Source: Candidatus Saccharimonadales bacterium
Lineage (GTDB): Bacteria > Patescibacteriota > Saccharimonadia > Saccharimonadales > UBA4665
Assembly (NCBI GenBank): GCA_038237095.1
Contig: JBBRZB010000001.1
Span: forward strand, 38,019 to 102,018
DNA length: 64,000 bases
Direction of reading: 5' to 3'
The translations under genes were made by a program, and so were the position numbers. Shown piece by piece: positions 9,440 through 18,807 of this stretch. The stretch's first letter is position 1. Every line of letters starts with the position of its first letter. The notes beneath the pieces were generated by a model. That model saw only the letters and a list, made by a program, of their open reading frames with translations, was not told the DNA's origin and did not search any database.

Positions 9440-9626
9440 TATCTATTGGATTTTGGACGTTGGATTTTAGACTATCCTCGTTCGCGGGGAAACTCTAAAG
9501 TCCATAATCTAGAATCAAAATTCTAGCTCATTATTAATGGCGAGTGGCAGAGCACAGGTTCCCTTAAAAGGCGGATTAGCCGCATAGGGTGCTTGAACCT
9601 TGTCACTCCCAAGAAAGAAAGGGAAT
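9440..9626 (+). promoter_or_regulatory. structured rpsO-pnp intergenic leader
   Basis: Tandem 14-nt repeat TTGGATTTTGGACG/TTGGATTTTAGACT. Imperfect 13-bp hairpin (9461-9473 with 9492-9504). Perfect hairpin CTAGAAT-caaa-ATTCTAG (9509-9526). Long-range helix GAGTGGCA...TGTCACTC ending next to the pnp SD. Confidence 0.5.
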
Positions 9627-11765
9627 ATGATGGGACAAACTATCAATCCACTTGGTAAAGAAATTATTAAAGTTGAAACTGAGCTGTGCGGTCGTCCGCT
9701 AAGTTTGGAAGTTGGGCGCGTTGGTTTTAGGACCTCCGCCTCTGTTATTGTGCGCTATGGCGATACAGTCGTACTCGGTACGGCCATGGTTAGCCAAAAG
9801 CGTTTGAGTGGCATGGATTATTTCCCACTCAGCATTGATTACGAAGAGAAAATGTACGCAGCCGGCAAAGTGAGTGGTTCACGCTTTATTAAGCGCGAAG
9901 GCCGTCCATCTGACGATGCGATTCTAATCGGCCGTTTAATCGACCGCCCTATTCGTCCATTGTGGCCTAAGGGTTACCGTCACGAAGCACAAGGTGTCGC
10001 TACCGTTCTAAGTATGGATCCAGCATTCCGACCTGACATGGTAGCGATGATTGCTATGAGCGCGGCATTTATGCTTACTGGTGCGCCATATGACGGCCCT
10101 GTGGCTGGTTTACGTGTTGGTTTAGTCGATGGCAAGCTCACCGCATTTGCTTCAAACGAAGAGCTCGACAATGGACCACTCGACCTCGTGGTCGCCGGTA
10201 CCAAAGACGGTGTCATGATGGTGGAAGCCGGTGCGAGTGAAGTTTCTGAGGACCAAGTCATTGAAGCGATTGATTTCGCATTCAAGGCTATGCAGCCAGC
10301 TATCGCTTTGCAGCAAGAGTTGGTGGAGAAGGTTGGCGTGACCACGCAAGAGTACGAACTCGATTTGCCAGACGAATCAATCCAAAAAGCAGTTGATGAT
10401 TGGCTTGATGGCAAACTCGGAGAAGACTTGCGCCTACCATACCCAGAGCGCAACGTGCTGGTTAAGAACCTGAACGAACAAATGCACGACGCGTTTGCAG
10501 AGCAAATTGGTGATGACTACGAGGGCAGTAAGACGGTTTACGACGAGGCCTTTCAATTGTCAGTATTCAAAGATGTCCGCAAGGGAATTCTCAAGGACGG
10601 TATTCGTCCCGATGGCCGCAAATTAACAGAGGTTCGTACGTTGAGCAGTGAAGTGGGCTTATTGCCACGTGCTCACGGGTCAAGCCTCTTTACTCGTGGT
10701 ATGACGCAAGCTCTGAACATTGTTACGTTGGCTCCGCTAAGCTACAACCAGCTCGTTGATACGATGGAAAAAGAAGGCGAACGCCGCTACCTCCATCACT
10801 ACAACGCTCCTGGTTACACTGTTGGCGAAGTTCGTCGTCTTGGTAGTCCCGGCCGCCGCGAAATCGGTCACGGGTACCTCGCGGAGCGTGCACTGACCGC
10901 AGTTTTGCCAAGTGAAACTGATTTCCCATACATGATTCGTTCCGTTACGGAAATTATGAGCCAGAATGGTTCTACCTCCATGGCTGCTACTTGTAGCAGC
11001 ACGATGGCACTATTAAACGCTGGTGTGCCACTCAGCGCACCTGTCAGCGGTATTGCCATGGGCCTCATGACCGATGGAACCCAGGCAATCGTCTTGAGTG
11101 ACATTGCTGATGCCGAAGACTTTGCTGGCGACATGGACTTTAAAGTCACTGGTACGCCAAAGGGTATCACTGCTTTGCAGATGGACATGAAGGTCCACGG
11201 TTTGCCAGTTGAGACACTGCGTAAAGCGCTTGAACAGGGCAAAGAAGGCCGCGCCTTCATCCTTGAGCACATGCTAACTACAATTTCTGAGCCAGGACCA
11301 ATGAGCCAATACGCGCCTCGCGTCGAGACGATGGTGATTAACCCTGACAAGATTCGTGAAGTTATTGGTAAGGGCGGTGAAGTGATTCAGAAGATTACTG
11401 CCGAAACCGGTGCCGAAATCGATATTAAGGACGATGGTACGATCATGATTGCCAGCCCAGACAAGCGCTCAATCGATGCCGCTCGTGACTGGATCGCGTC
11501 AATCGTGGCTGAGCCAGAAGTCGGCAAAATCTACGTTGATGTCCCAGTTGTATCTGTGCTCGACTTTGGTGCGTTTGTCCAAATCATGCCCAACAAGGAC
11601 GGACTCGTTCATATTAGTGAGCTATCCGAAGACCGTGTCGATAAAGTCACGGATGTCGTTAAAGAAGGTGATAAAGTCACCGTTAAATTAGTAGCCATTG
11701 ATGATCGTGGTCGTTTGCAGCTTTCCATGAAAGCCGCTCAGCGCGAACTCAACGACAAGAAGTAA
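9627..11765 (+). CDS. pnp: polynucleotide phosphorylase
   Basis: Two RNase PH domains followed by KH (VIGKGGEVIQKI) and S1 (GAFVQIMPNKDGLVHISEL). The ATG at 9627 is preceded by aaaggga. Confidence 0.95.
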   Translation: MMGQTINPLGKEIIKVETELCGRPLSLEVGRVGFRTSASVIVRYGDTVVLGTAMVSQKRLSGMDYFPLSIDYEEKMYAAGKVSGSRFIKREGRPSDDAILIGRLIDRPIRPLWPKGYRHEAQGVATVLSMDPAFRPDMVAMIAMSAAFMLTGAPYDGPVAGLRVGLVDGKLTAFASNEELDNGPLDLVVAGTKDGVMMVEAGASEVSEDQVIEAIDFAFKAMQPAIALQQELVEKVGVTTQEYELDLPDESIQKAVDDWLDGKLGEDLRLPYPERNVLVKNLNEQMHDAFAEQIGDDYEGSKTVYDEAFQLSVFKDVRKGILKDGIRPDGRKLTEVRTLSSEVGLLPRAHGSSLFTRGMTQALNIVTLAPLSYNQLVDTMEKEGERRYLHHYNAPGYTVGEVRRLGSPGRREIGHGYLAERALTAVLPSETDFPYMIRSVTEIMSQNGSTSMAATCSSTMALLNAGVPLSAPVSGIAMGLMTDGTQAIVLSDIADAEDFAGDMDFKVTGTPKGITALQMDMKVHGLPVETLRKALEQGKEGRAFILEHMLTTISEPGPMSQYAPRVETMVINPDKIREVIGKGGEVIQKITAETGAEIDIKDDGTIMIASPDKRSIDAARDWIASIVAEPEVGKIYVDVPVVSVLDFGAFVQIMPNKDGLVHISELSEDRVDKVTDVVKEGDKVTVKLVAIDDRGRLQLSMKAAQRELNDKK

Positions 11766-11775
11766 ACTATCACAC

Positions 11776-11985
11776 ATGCTACAGACCATTGATCGATGGC
11801 ACAAAACTAAAATTGGATACCTAGTATTCGGTTTAATTGAGCTGGCCGTAACGTATGGACTGGCCAGCCTAGCCATCGATCGTGGTTCATGGTGGTGGTA
11901 CTTAGGTACATTGGTTCTGTTTGTTGGATCGCTCCAGAACTTTACCAAGTTAGTAAGTATGATTGTGAAAAGTAGCAGGCGCTAA
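11776..11985 (+). CDS. small two-TM membrane protein
   Basis: 69-aa ORF with two hydrophobic helices, tightly packed between pnp and the GNAT gene. Confidence 0.45.
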   Translation: MLQTIDRWHKTKIGYLVFGLIELAVTYGLASLAIDRGSWWWYLGTLVLFVGSLQNFTKLVSMIVKSSRR

Positions 11986-11987
11986 GC

Positions 11988-12533
11988 ATGACAGAGACTA
12001 GATTATCAGGCCATGACATTGTTATACCGCCAAGCATCATTGCGGTAGATGACGAAGTAAGCCTGAGTAAGTACGCGCTTGATGACGCCGACCCTACGCT
12101 TGATCTGGTCAGTGCATACAGAGATGATTTTGCCTTATCTATGGGGTGGGCTAAAGATTTTGACAGCGCTGAAGCAGTTAAGACAATGAAAACTAGTGTT
12201 GATAATATGGCTGCTGGTAAGTCGGCGTCTTACAAAATAATCTATAAGGACACGTTTGTAGGTTCGGTAAACCTATTTGGACGTGAGGGTGACAGCGCAG
12301 AAATGGGTTACTGGATTGCCAAACCATTTCAAGGAAAGGGTATCGTAACCCGCGCAGCAACTGCGCTCAGAGATTTTGGGTTTGGTGAGTGGGGCCTACA
12401 CGAGATTAGCCTTGGAATTAAGCAAACAAACGAAAAAAGTGCCAAATTAGCGCAACGGATTGGAGCGGTGTTGATCGCACAAGATCCAAAAAAACCTACG
12501 TACAACCTATGGGTGGCTACCAAACATGTCTAG
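11988..12533 (+). CDS. GNAT-family N-acetyltransferase (RimJ/RimL-like)
   Basis: Acetyl-CoA binding motif region GYWIAKPFQGKGIVTRAATALRDFGF and ...NEKSAKLAQRIGA. Confidence 0.8.
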   Translation: MTETRLSGHDIVIPPSIIAVDDEVSLSKYALDDADPTLDLVSAYRDDFALSMGWAKDFDSAEAVKTMKTSVDNMAAGKSASYKIIYKDTFVGSVNLFGREGDSAEMGYWIAKPFQGKGIVTRAATALRDFGFGEWGLHEISLGIKQTNEKSAKLAQRIGAVLIAQDPKKPTYNLWVATKHV

Positions 12534-13095
12534 CCAGCAACAACTCGATGCACTTCAGCAGCAAATAATCGATGCCAACATTACCCCTGATTTGGCGGCT
12601 GCCGCGACGCAATTGGTGTTCGGTGACGGTAATCCTGATGCCGATATTGTGTTCATCGGCGAAGCGCCGGGCAAGAACGAAGATTTAAAAGGTGTGCCAT
12701 TCGTCGGGGCAGCAGGGAAGTTTTTGGACGAAATGCTTGGATTAATTGACCTCAAGCGAGAAGATATATATATCACGAATATCGTTAAGTACCGTCCGCC
12801 TGACAATCGCGACCCAACCAACGAAGAAAAATCCGCCTTTTTACCCTATTTGGAATCCCAACTAGAAGTAATTCAGCCAAAGCTCGTAGTGACTCTCGGT
12901 CGCCACAGCTTGAACTGCTTCTTGCCGGATTTACAGATTGGCCAAGTACACGGTCAGCCGAAACGGTTTAACGGTAGAGTTTATCTGCCACTGTTTCATC
13001 CCGCTGTCGCCCTCTATAACGGGGGTATGCGTCAAACATTGATTGACGACTTTGTGCTCATTCCGGCCATCCTACAGAAAATTTCAGCAGCATAA
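12526..13095 (+). CDS. uracil-DNA glycosylase, family 4
   Basis: Motifs GDGNPDADIVFIGEAPGKNED, PFVGAAGKFLD and ITNIVKYRPP..NRDP. Confidence 0.85.
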   Translation: MSSQQQLDALQQQIIDANITPDLAAAATQLVFGDGNPDADIVFIGEAPGKNEDLKGVPFVGAAGKFLDEMLGLIDLKREDIYITNIVKYRPPDNRDPTNEEKSAFLPYLESQLEVIQPKLVVTLGRHSLNCFLPDLQIGQVHGQPKRFNGRVYLPLFHPAVALYNGGMRQTLIDDFVLIPAILQKISAA

Positions 13096-13118
13096 ACATC
13101 TTTACAGAAAGGAAATCT

Positions 13119-15212
13119 ATGCAACCAAAAAACAATACTCCTCCTCGGAATAATCGCCCCAACAATGGTGGCGGCCGTAGTGGAGCACAAAATAATAATG
13201 GTGGGACCAAAACGCCTAACCAACAAATCAAGAGCAGCCTAACAACCTCACGCGGCCAAGCCGTTCGAGCTCAGCGCCGCTCGCAAGCTGATGCCCAGCG
13301 CATCGCTAACCAATTCCAACCAGCTGAGGCCAATCGACCGCAGCGCGCCAACGTCATTGATGACAGCCCACGCCTAAAAATTATTGGCTTGGGTGGCATG
13401 GACGGTGGTGGTTCTAAAAACATGATGCTCGTAGAGTATATGAATGACGCCATCATTCTTGACGCCGGTAACGACCTTGGTGTCGATTTACCAGGCATTA
13501 ACTACGGTATCGCCGACACTGCTTATTTAGAGCAGATTAAGCACAAGATTAAAGCATATGTCATCACACACGGTCACCTTGACCACATTGGTGGCTTGCC
13601 GCATATCGTACCGAAGTTCCCAGCACCAATTTATGGCAGTAAGTTCACAATTGGTCGCGTCGAAGAAATCTTCGAAAACTTTGGCCTACCAATGCCCGAA
13701 GGTTTTGAGCTCAAGACCGTCATGATGAACGAAAACACCCACGAGCGTTTGAAAGTTGGCGAATTCTTCATCGAGCTAGTCCGTATCACACACTCCATCC
13801 CAGGTAGTACCTGTATTGTCGTTGATACGCCCGTAGGACGCATCATTAACACTGGTGACTTCCGCTTCGACCCGAACCCGCTCGACCATGAGCGTTCAGA
13901 TATCGAACGCTTAACGGAGCTCGGTAACGAGGGCGTGCTGGCACTATTAAGTGAAAGCACTACCGTTGAGCGCATGGGTCGTACCCCATCAGAAAGTACG
14001 ATTGAGCAGAGCTTCATCGACATTATCGATACCGCTCCGGGTCGTATTTTTGTCGGCTTGTTCTCTACTAACATGAACCGTGTACAGATGATCATTAACG
14101 CCGCCGTACATCACAACCGTAAGGTTGCAATGGACGGTCGCAGCATGGTCAGTACATTAGAAATGGCTGTCCGCCATGGCTTTGTGCGCGTACCAAAAGG
14201 TACCTTCGTACCAATTGCTAACGTCGCGACCATGAAAGACACCGATGTTGTCGTGGTCTGTACGGGTAGCCAGGGCGAGCCAAGCTCAGCCTTACAACGT
14301 ATGGCAAATGGCGAGCACCGTCACGTCAAACTAAAAGAGCAAGACACAGTCATTCTATCCAGTACTCCAATCCCAGAGAGCGGCAACGACTCCCTGATTG
14401 GTAGTATGGTTGATGGCCTTAGCCGCAAGGGCGTGCACGTCTTTGAGCACCGTAACCACGAGCTCGATGGTGTCGGCCCACTTCATGTTTCTGGTCACGC
14501 CAGCCGCGATGAATACGCTGACATGATTACCATGACTAAGCCAAAGTTCTTCATCCCAATTTACGGTGCATATCGCGTCAAACAGCGTCACCTCGACCTT
14601 GCTGTCGAGCAGGGAATTCCTCGAGCAAACTGTGTCAACGCCGATAACGGTCAAGTTATCGCCCTAACAGCCGACAAGATTGAAATCTCCGGCGAAGTGC
14701 CACACGGTACAGTTCTGGTCGATCAAACCGGTGCTATCGTCAACAACGTCGTCGTCAAAGACCGTGTACTTTTGGCCGAAGAAGGCCTAGTAGCTGTAGT
14801 CCTAACAATTGATAAGAAGAACGGTGGTTTACTAACCAGCCCCGATATCATCAGCCGCGGCTTCATATATATGCGCGACAACGAAGAGATCATGAATGGT
14901 CTACGCATCGAACTAAAACGTGCCGTCCAACAGCGCTACAAACGTGTTGACCTCGACCGTTTCAAGGCCGAACTCAAAGATCATGTGACACATTACTTGT
15001 TCGAACATACGCAGCGTAGTCCAATCGTTATTCCGGTGGTCAACATCGTTGGCGGTGGAGGCGGTGGAAACGGCGGAGGCAAGCCAAACGACGTTAAGAA
15101 TGGCGCGCCGCAGGCTCCAGTCAAGACGGCCGAAGAAGTGGCAGCCGATCAGCAGCAGCGCTTCCAAGAAATGCGTGCTCGGTTGCTTAGCCAAGACGCC
15201 CGAACCGATTAG
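13119..15212 (+). CDS. rnj: ribonuclease J with low-complexity N- and C-terminal extensions
   Basis: Metallo-beta-lactamase motif THGHLDHIGG, beta-CASP region and GHASRDE. The N-terminal ~85 aa are N/G/Q/R-rich, and there is a Gly run (GGGGGGNGGG) near the C-terminus. Confidence 0.9.
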   Translation: MQPKNNTPPRNNRPNNGGGRSGAQNNNGGTKTPNQQIKSSLTTSRGQAVRAQRRSQADAQRIANQFQPAEANRPQRANVIDDSPRLKIIGLGGMDGGGSKNMMLVEYMNDAIILDAGNDLGVDLPGINYGIADTAYLEQIKHKIKAYVITHGHLDHIGGLPHIVPKFPAPIYGSKFTIGRVEEIFENFGLPMPEGFELKTVMMNENTHERLKVGEFFIELVRITHSIPGSTCIVVDTPVGRIINTGDFRFDPNPLDHERSDIERLTELGNEGVLALLSESTTVERMGRTPSESTIEQSFIDIIDTAPGRIFVGLFSTNMNRVQMIINAAVHHNRKVAMDGRSMVSTLEMAVRHGFVRVPKGTFVPIANVATMKDTDVVVVCTGSQGEPSSALQRMANGEHRHVKLKEQDTVILSSTPIPESGNDSLIGSMVDGLSRKGVHVFEHRNHELDGVGPLHVSGHASRDEYADMITMTKPKFFIPIYGAYRVKQRHLDLAVEQGIPRANCVNADNGQVIALTADKIEISGEVPHGTVLVDQTGAIVNNVVVKDRVLLAEEGLVAVVLTIDKKNGGLLTSPDIISRGFIYMRDNEEIMNGLRIELKRAVQQRYKRVDLDRFKAELKDHVTHYLFEHTQRSPIVIPVVNIVGGGGGGNGGGKPNDVKNGAPQAPVKTAEEVAADQQQRFQEMRARLLSQDARTD

Positions 15213-15229
15213 TTTGTAATACACCTAGA

Positions 15230-15258
15230 TTGACATTTTAGCAACATTGTGCTAATGT
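15230..15258 (+). promoter_or_regulatory. consensus-like promoter positioned for a leaderless mRNA
   Basis: TTGACA (15230-15235), 17-nt spacer, TAATGT (15253-15258). The ATG of the next gene starts at 15265, 6 nt after the -10, with no SD. Confidence 0.55.
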
Positions 15259-15264
15259 TAAAGC

Positions 15265-15789
15265 ATGACTCAAATACCAACACCAGAAAACCAACCCGAA
15301 TTACCAAACCCACAGCACTTAGGGGACATCATCCCTTATGATGGCGAGGATGCTGACTTACTCGATATGGCTGCCGCAGCTGATGCCGAGCAACCCGAAT
15401 TCGTGCAGCGTTATGCAGAACGACGTGCTCTTGGTGAAACTGCTGTCGATCCACTGACGTTACTTGAACTCCAAGGTCTTGAAGCTGCCAATGGTCAAAA
15501 TTCACATAGCCAGCAGCACGATCCTGCTAAAGGGAAGGTGAAAGAGTTTGTTCATCCCCGAACAGCAGGTGACATGTTCTCAGAAGCTCATGTCGACTAT
15601 CTCGATGCGTTAGATGTATGGAACGTTTCCGACAAGAAGCTTAAGGACGAAGCCAGCATGCGTACTAAGGAGCTGCACAAGCTTCATCCTGGCGAACATG
15701 GTGAGCCTGAGGTATACGCAAGTGAGTTAGAGAACCTTCGGTTGAACTTCGGAAGCCCGAAACCAAAGAAGCCAACTCGCTCCGAGTAA
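15265..15789 (+). CDS. acidic hypothetical protein
   Basis: 174-aa ORF that is Asp/Glu-rich, with no TM segment. No family recognised. Confidence 0.55.
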   Translation: MTQIPTPENQPELPNPQHLGDIIPYDGEDADLLDMAAAADAEQPEFVQRYAERRALGETAVDPLTLLELQGLEAANGQNSHSQQHDPAKGKVKEFVHPRTAGDMFSEAHVDYLDALDVWNVSDKKLKDEASMRTKELHKLHPGEHGEPEVYASELENLRLNFGSPKPKKPTRSE

Positions 15790-15790
15790 A

Positions 15791-15819
15791 TTGACAAAAG
15801 TTGTAAATTTTGCTATAGT
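15791..15819 (+). promoter_or_regulatory. consensus sigma70-type promoter upstream of ftsK
   Basis: TTGACA (15791-15796), 17-nt spacer, TATAGT (15814-15819). Confidence 0.55.
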
Positions 15820-15934
15820 AGTGGCATGAACATCCGTTCAGCCACTACTGTTAGTTTGCAAGGGTACTACAGCAAACTAACACCATACCGCTTCGCTTTT
15901 ACCAGTGTTGCGGGTATAATTAACGGGTAACAAT

Positions 15935-18157
15935 ATGGCCAAAAAGAAAAAGCAAACAAGAAAGAAAAAAGTCGTCGAACCGGTAGCAGCTGAACGCTCA
16001 CCGTTTTGGGGCTATGCTGGTGCTATCTTATTGATGTTGCTGGCTATTTTTGTGTTGCTCGGTGGCTTTGGCACTGGTGGACCGTTACCAATCCAATTAT
16101 TCCACGGCACTTATTGGTTACTTGGATGGGTGGCTTATCTGGCACCTGTCGGCTTATTCTATTGGGCCATTTATAAGTTCAGGGCAGAGGATCGTCGTAT
16201 CCCACTGAGCAATCTTTTGAGTATGTTGTTCGTTTTATTCTTTGCTAGCGCCTTGGCGTTCACCGCGTTCGCCAGTAAAGACGCTTTTGGGACGTGGACC
16301 GGTGGCAACGGTGGCCAAGCAGGATCATTAATCGGTAGTATGGCATTGAGCGCGTTGGACACATTGCCAGCCAGCCTCTTATTCTTTGTACTCACATTGC
16401 TAGCAGGTTTCTTCGCCTTTGGCGTTTCGCTCAAAATTTTGCTCAGACTGGGTGATATTTTCAAGCGACCGAAGGACGAAGAGAGCGATTTGGCCGCGCT
16501 TAAAGCCAAAGCGACTGACCATGCAAGCTTCCAATTGAATGAGGGCGTACCAACTGTTCATCACACACCAAACGAGCCAGCTATAGCGGCAGCCCGTTTA
16601 TCATCACTCAAGAATTCAGCCCAGAAATTGTCTGGTACTGAGAACCATGAGGCGCTAACGGCGGCCAAGGATCCTGATTGGCAATTCCCGAGCGTTAATT
16701 TACTCAGTCAGAAGCAAGATAAAGCTGATGCCGGTGACGTCAATGCCAACGCACAAATTATTCATGACACGTTTGAGAACTTTAATATTGAAGTCGAGAT
16801 GGAAGGCGCCAATATTGGTCCACGCGTTACGCAGTACACGCTTAAACCACCAGCCGGCGCCAAGTTAACGAAGATAACCGCCCTAGCTGATAACTTAGCA
16901 CTTGATTTAGCGGCCCACAGTATTCGTATCGAAGCGCCAATCCCTGGTAAACGCGCCGTTGGTATCGAAGTGCCTAATATTAAGTCGGCAACTGTTCGAT
17001 TGAGCTCGATTTTGACCTCGCGTGAGTGGCAGGATAACACCGGGCCATTGGCGTTCGCGATCGGTCGTGATATATCGGGCGTGCCTGTCGTTGCCGATCT
17101 AGCTAAAATGCCGCACATATTAGTGGCTGGTCAAACTGGTTCTGGTAAGTCAGTCATGATTAATACGATTTTGACGAGCCTGCTGTATCGTAATTCACCA
17201 GCCGATTTGAAATTGATTCTTGTCGATCCGAAGCAGGTAGAGCTTAAGCCATACGATGATATTCCACATCTGTTAACACATGTTATTACTGAACCTGAAA
17301 AGTGTATTAGCGCGCTCAAATGGGCAGTGGCTGAAATGGAGCGACGCTACCGTACGTTGGCTGATGTTAGTAAGCGAAATATTGCTGAGTACAACGAGCT
17401 GAAACAAGAAGAGGGCATGCCGTACATCGTGATTGTGATTGACGAGTTGGCCGATCTAATGATGATGGCAGCGCGTGACGTCGAGGCATTAATTGTCCGT
17501 ATCGCGCAGAAGGCTCGCGCGGTTGGAATCCACTTAGTGCTTGCCACCCAGCGTCCTTCAGTCGACGTTATTACTGGTCTTATTAAAGCTAACGTGCCGG
17601 CCCGTATCGCGTTTACGACGGCGTCACAGGTCGATAGCCGTACCATTATTGATCAGGTTGGTTCCGAGAAATTACTGGGGCAAGGAGACATGTTGCTGCT
17701 TACTGCCGATATGCCTAAGCCTAAGCGTGTTCAAGGTGCCTTCATTGGCGATGAAGAAACAGTTAAGATTATGGACTTTATTCGTATGCAACGACCGCCA
17801 CAATACGACGACGAAGTTGTAAGCCAACCAGTTCAGTTGAACGGTAAGGGTGGTATTGTGGCCGATTACGGGGCTAATGACGCCGACGATGATATGTTCC
17901 GAGATGCGGTTGGCGTGGTGATTGAGAATAAGAAAGCTAGCACCAGCCTGTTGCAACGTCGATTACGCATTGGGTACGGCCGTGCGGCACGATTGATCGA
18001 GACTATGGAAGAACAGGGTATTGTGGGCGCTGCAGACGGCTCAAGGCCGCGCGAAGTGCTTGTGAGCTCAATGGATGACGTGTTCGGTAATCGTGGCGGT
18101 GGCGCAGAAGACTTTGATCCTGCCGAAACTGAAGAAGACGTTTTCCCAGGCCAGTAA
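15935..18157 (+). CDS. ftsK: DNA translocase FtsK
   Basis: N-terminal TM helices. Walker A VAGQTGSGKS, Walker B IVIVIDELADLMM, and a C-terminal gamma winged-helix (LLQRRLRIGYGRAARLIE). Confidence 0.92.
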   Translation: MAKKKKQTRKKKVVEPVAAERSPFWGYAGAILLMLLAIFVLLGGFGTGGPLPIQLFHGTYWLLGWVAYLAPVGLFYWAIYKFRAEDRRIPLSNLLSMLFVLFFASALAFTAFASKDAFGTWTGGNGGQAGSLIGSMALSALDTLPASLLFFVLTLLAGFFAFGVSLKILLRLGDIFKRPKDEESDLAALKAKATDHASFQLNEGVPTVHHTPNEPAIAAARLSSLKNSAQKLSGTENHEALTAAKDPDWQFPSVNLLSQKQDKADAGDVNANAQIIHDTFENFNIEVEMEGANIGPRVTQYTLKPPAGAKLTKITALADNLALDLAAHSIRIEAPIPGKRAVGIEVPNIKSATVRLSSILTSREWQDNTGPLAFAIGRDISGVPVVADLAKMPHILVAGQTGSGKSVMINTILTSLLYRNSPADLKLILVDPKQVELKPYDDIPHLLTHVITEPEKCISALKWAVAEMERRYRTLADVSKRNIAEYNELKQEEGMPYIVIVIDELADLMMMAARDVEALIVRIAQKARAVGIHLVLATQRPSVDVITGLIKANVPARIAFTTASQVDSRTIIDQVGSEKLLGQGDMLLLTADMPKPKRVQGAFIGDEETVKIMDFIRMQRPPQYDDEVVSQPVQLNGKGGIVADYGANDADDDMFRDAVGVVIENKKASTSLLQRRLRIGYGRAARLIETMEEQGIVGAADGSRPREVLVSSMDDVFGNRGGGAEDFDPAETEEDVFPGQ

Positions 18158-18166
18158 GTCCAACGC

Positions 18167-18195
18167 TTGACCAACAGAGGTAGATAGGCTATAAT
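18167..18195 (+). promoter_or_regulatory. promoter of the rpsF-ssb-rpsR operon
   Basis: TTGACC (18167-18172), 17-nt spacer, TATAAT (18190-18195). Confidence 0.6.
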
Positions 18196-18296
18196 TGGAC
18201 GCACTATCAACTTCAGCTCGTGGCCAACTATAGTGCGCACGGGCTGTCCTCATCAGATTCGTCCGATGAGATAACCAAGGGAAGGATTCATTTGTT

Positions 18297-18686
18297 ATGA
18301 ACCAGTACGAAATTGCTGTGCTCTATCATCCTGATCTGGAAGTCGACCTGACAAAGGCCGAGGCCCGTGTCACGAAAATTGTTACCGACAACGGCGGTAA
18401 GGTGATTAGTGCCGACAACTGGGGCAAGCGTAAGCTGGCCTACACCATCAAAGGCAACGAACACGCCGTGTATGTTTTTTACACCGTGGAATTGCCAAGT
18501 GAAGGTGTGATGAAAGTCGAAAGCACACTGAACATCACCGATGAAGTCATTCGTTTCCTCATTACGCGTCCCGACCTCAAGGCAGCTGCTAAGGCAGAAG
18601 TTTTGAAGGCCGAGAAGGCTGCTAAGGCAGCTGAACGTGGTGAGCGATCTGACGACAGTGGTGACGACAAGCCCGAAGAAGAGTAG
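18297..18686 (+). CDS. rpsF: 30S ribosomal protein S6
   Basis: Starts MNQYEIAVLYHPDLE, then WGKRKLAYTIKG. Acidic/Lys-rich C-terminal tail. Confidence 0.92.
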   Translation: MNQYEIAVLYHPDLEVDLTKAEARVTKIVTDNGGKVISADNWGKRKLAYTIKGNEHAVYVFYTVELPSEGVMKVESTLNITDEVIRFLITRPDLKAAAKAEVLKAEKAAKAAERGERSDDSGDDKPEEE

Positions 18687-18807
18687 AACGCTCACTCGAG
18701 TTAATAAAAACGTAACAATAAAGCGCTAAAACTTGACGAATAATCAGGCAAAGGCGTAGCGTAAAAGGGTAAACATAACGAAGACATATGTCTTATAAGG
18801 AGTTAGA

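Noticed and set aside
9446-9473. Tandem 14-nt repeat as a possible mini-CRISPR or satellite
   Set aside because: There are only two adjacent copies with no spacers and no cas genes. It fits better as part of the pnp leader structure.
9980-11350. Multiple antisense or out-of-frame ORFs inside large genes (e.g. within pnp, RNase J, ftsK, MMPL, MFS, the large secreted proteins, pilB and pilT)
   Set aside because: All are nested in genes with strong family signatures and have no motifs of their own. Such ORFs are expected by chance at this GC content.
18200-18270. rpsF leader hairpins (CGCACTAT/ATAGTGCG and CTCATC/GATGAG) as the known S6:S18-binding leader motif
   Set aside because: The structures are real in the sequence, but I cannot verify from memory that they match the published motif. 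The first arm also overlaps the predicted transcription start. I left it as an unclaimed observation; an Rfam scan would settle it.
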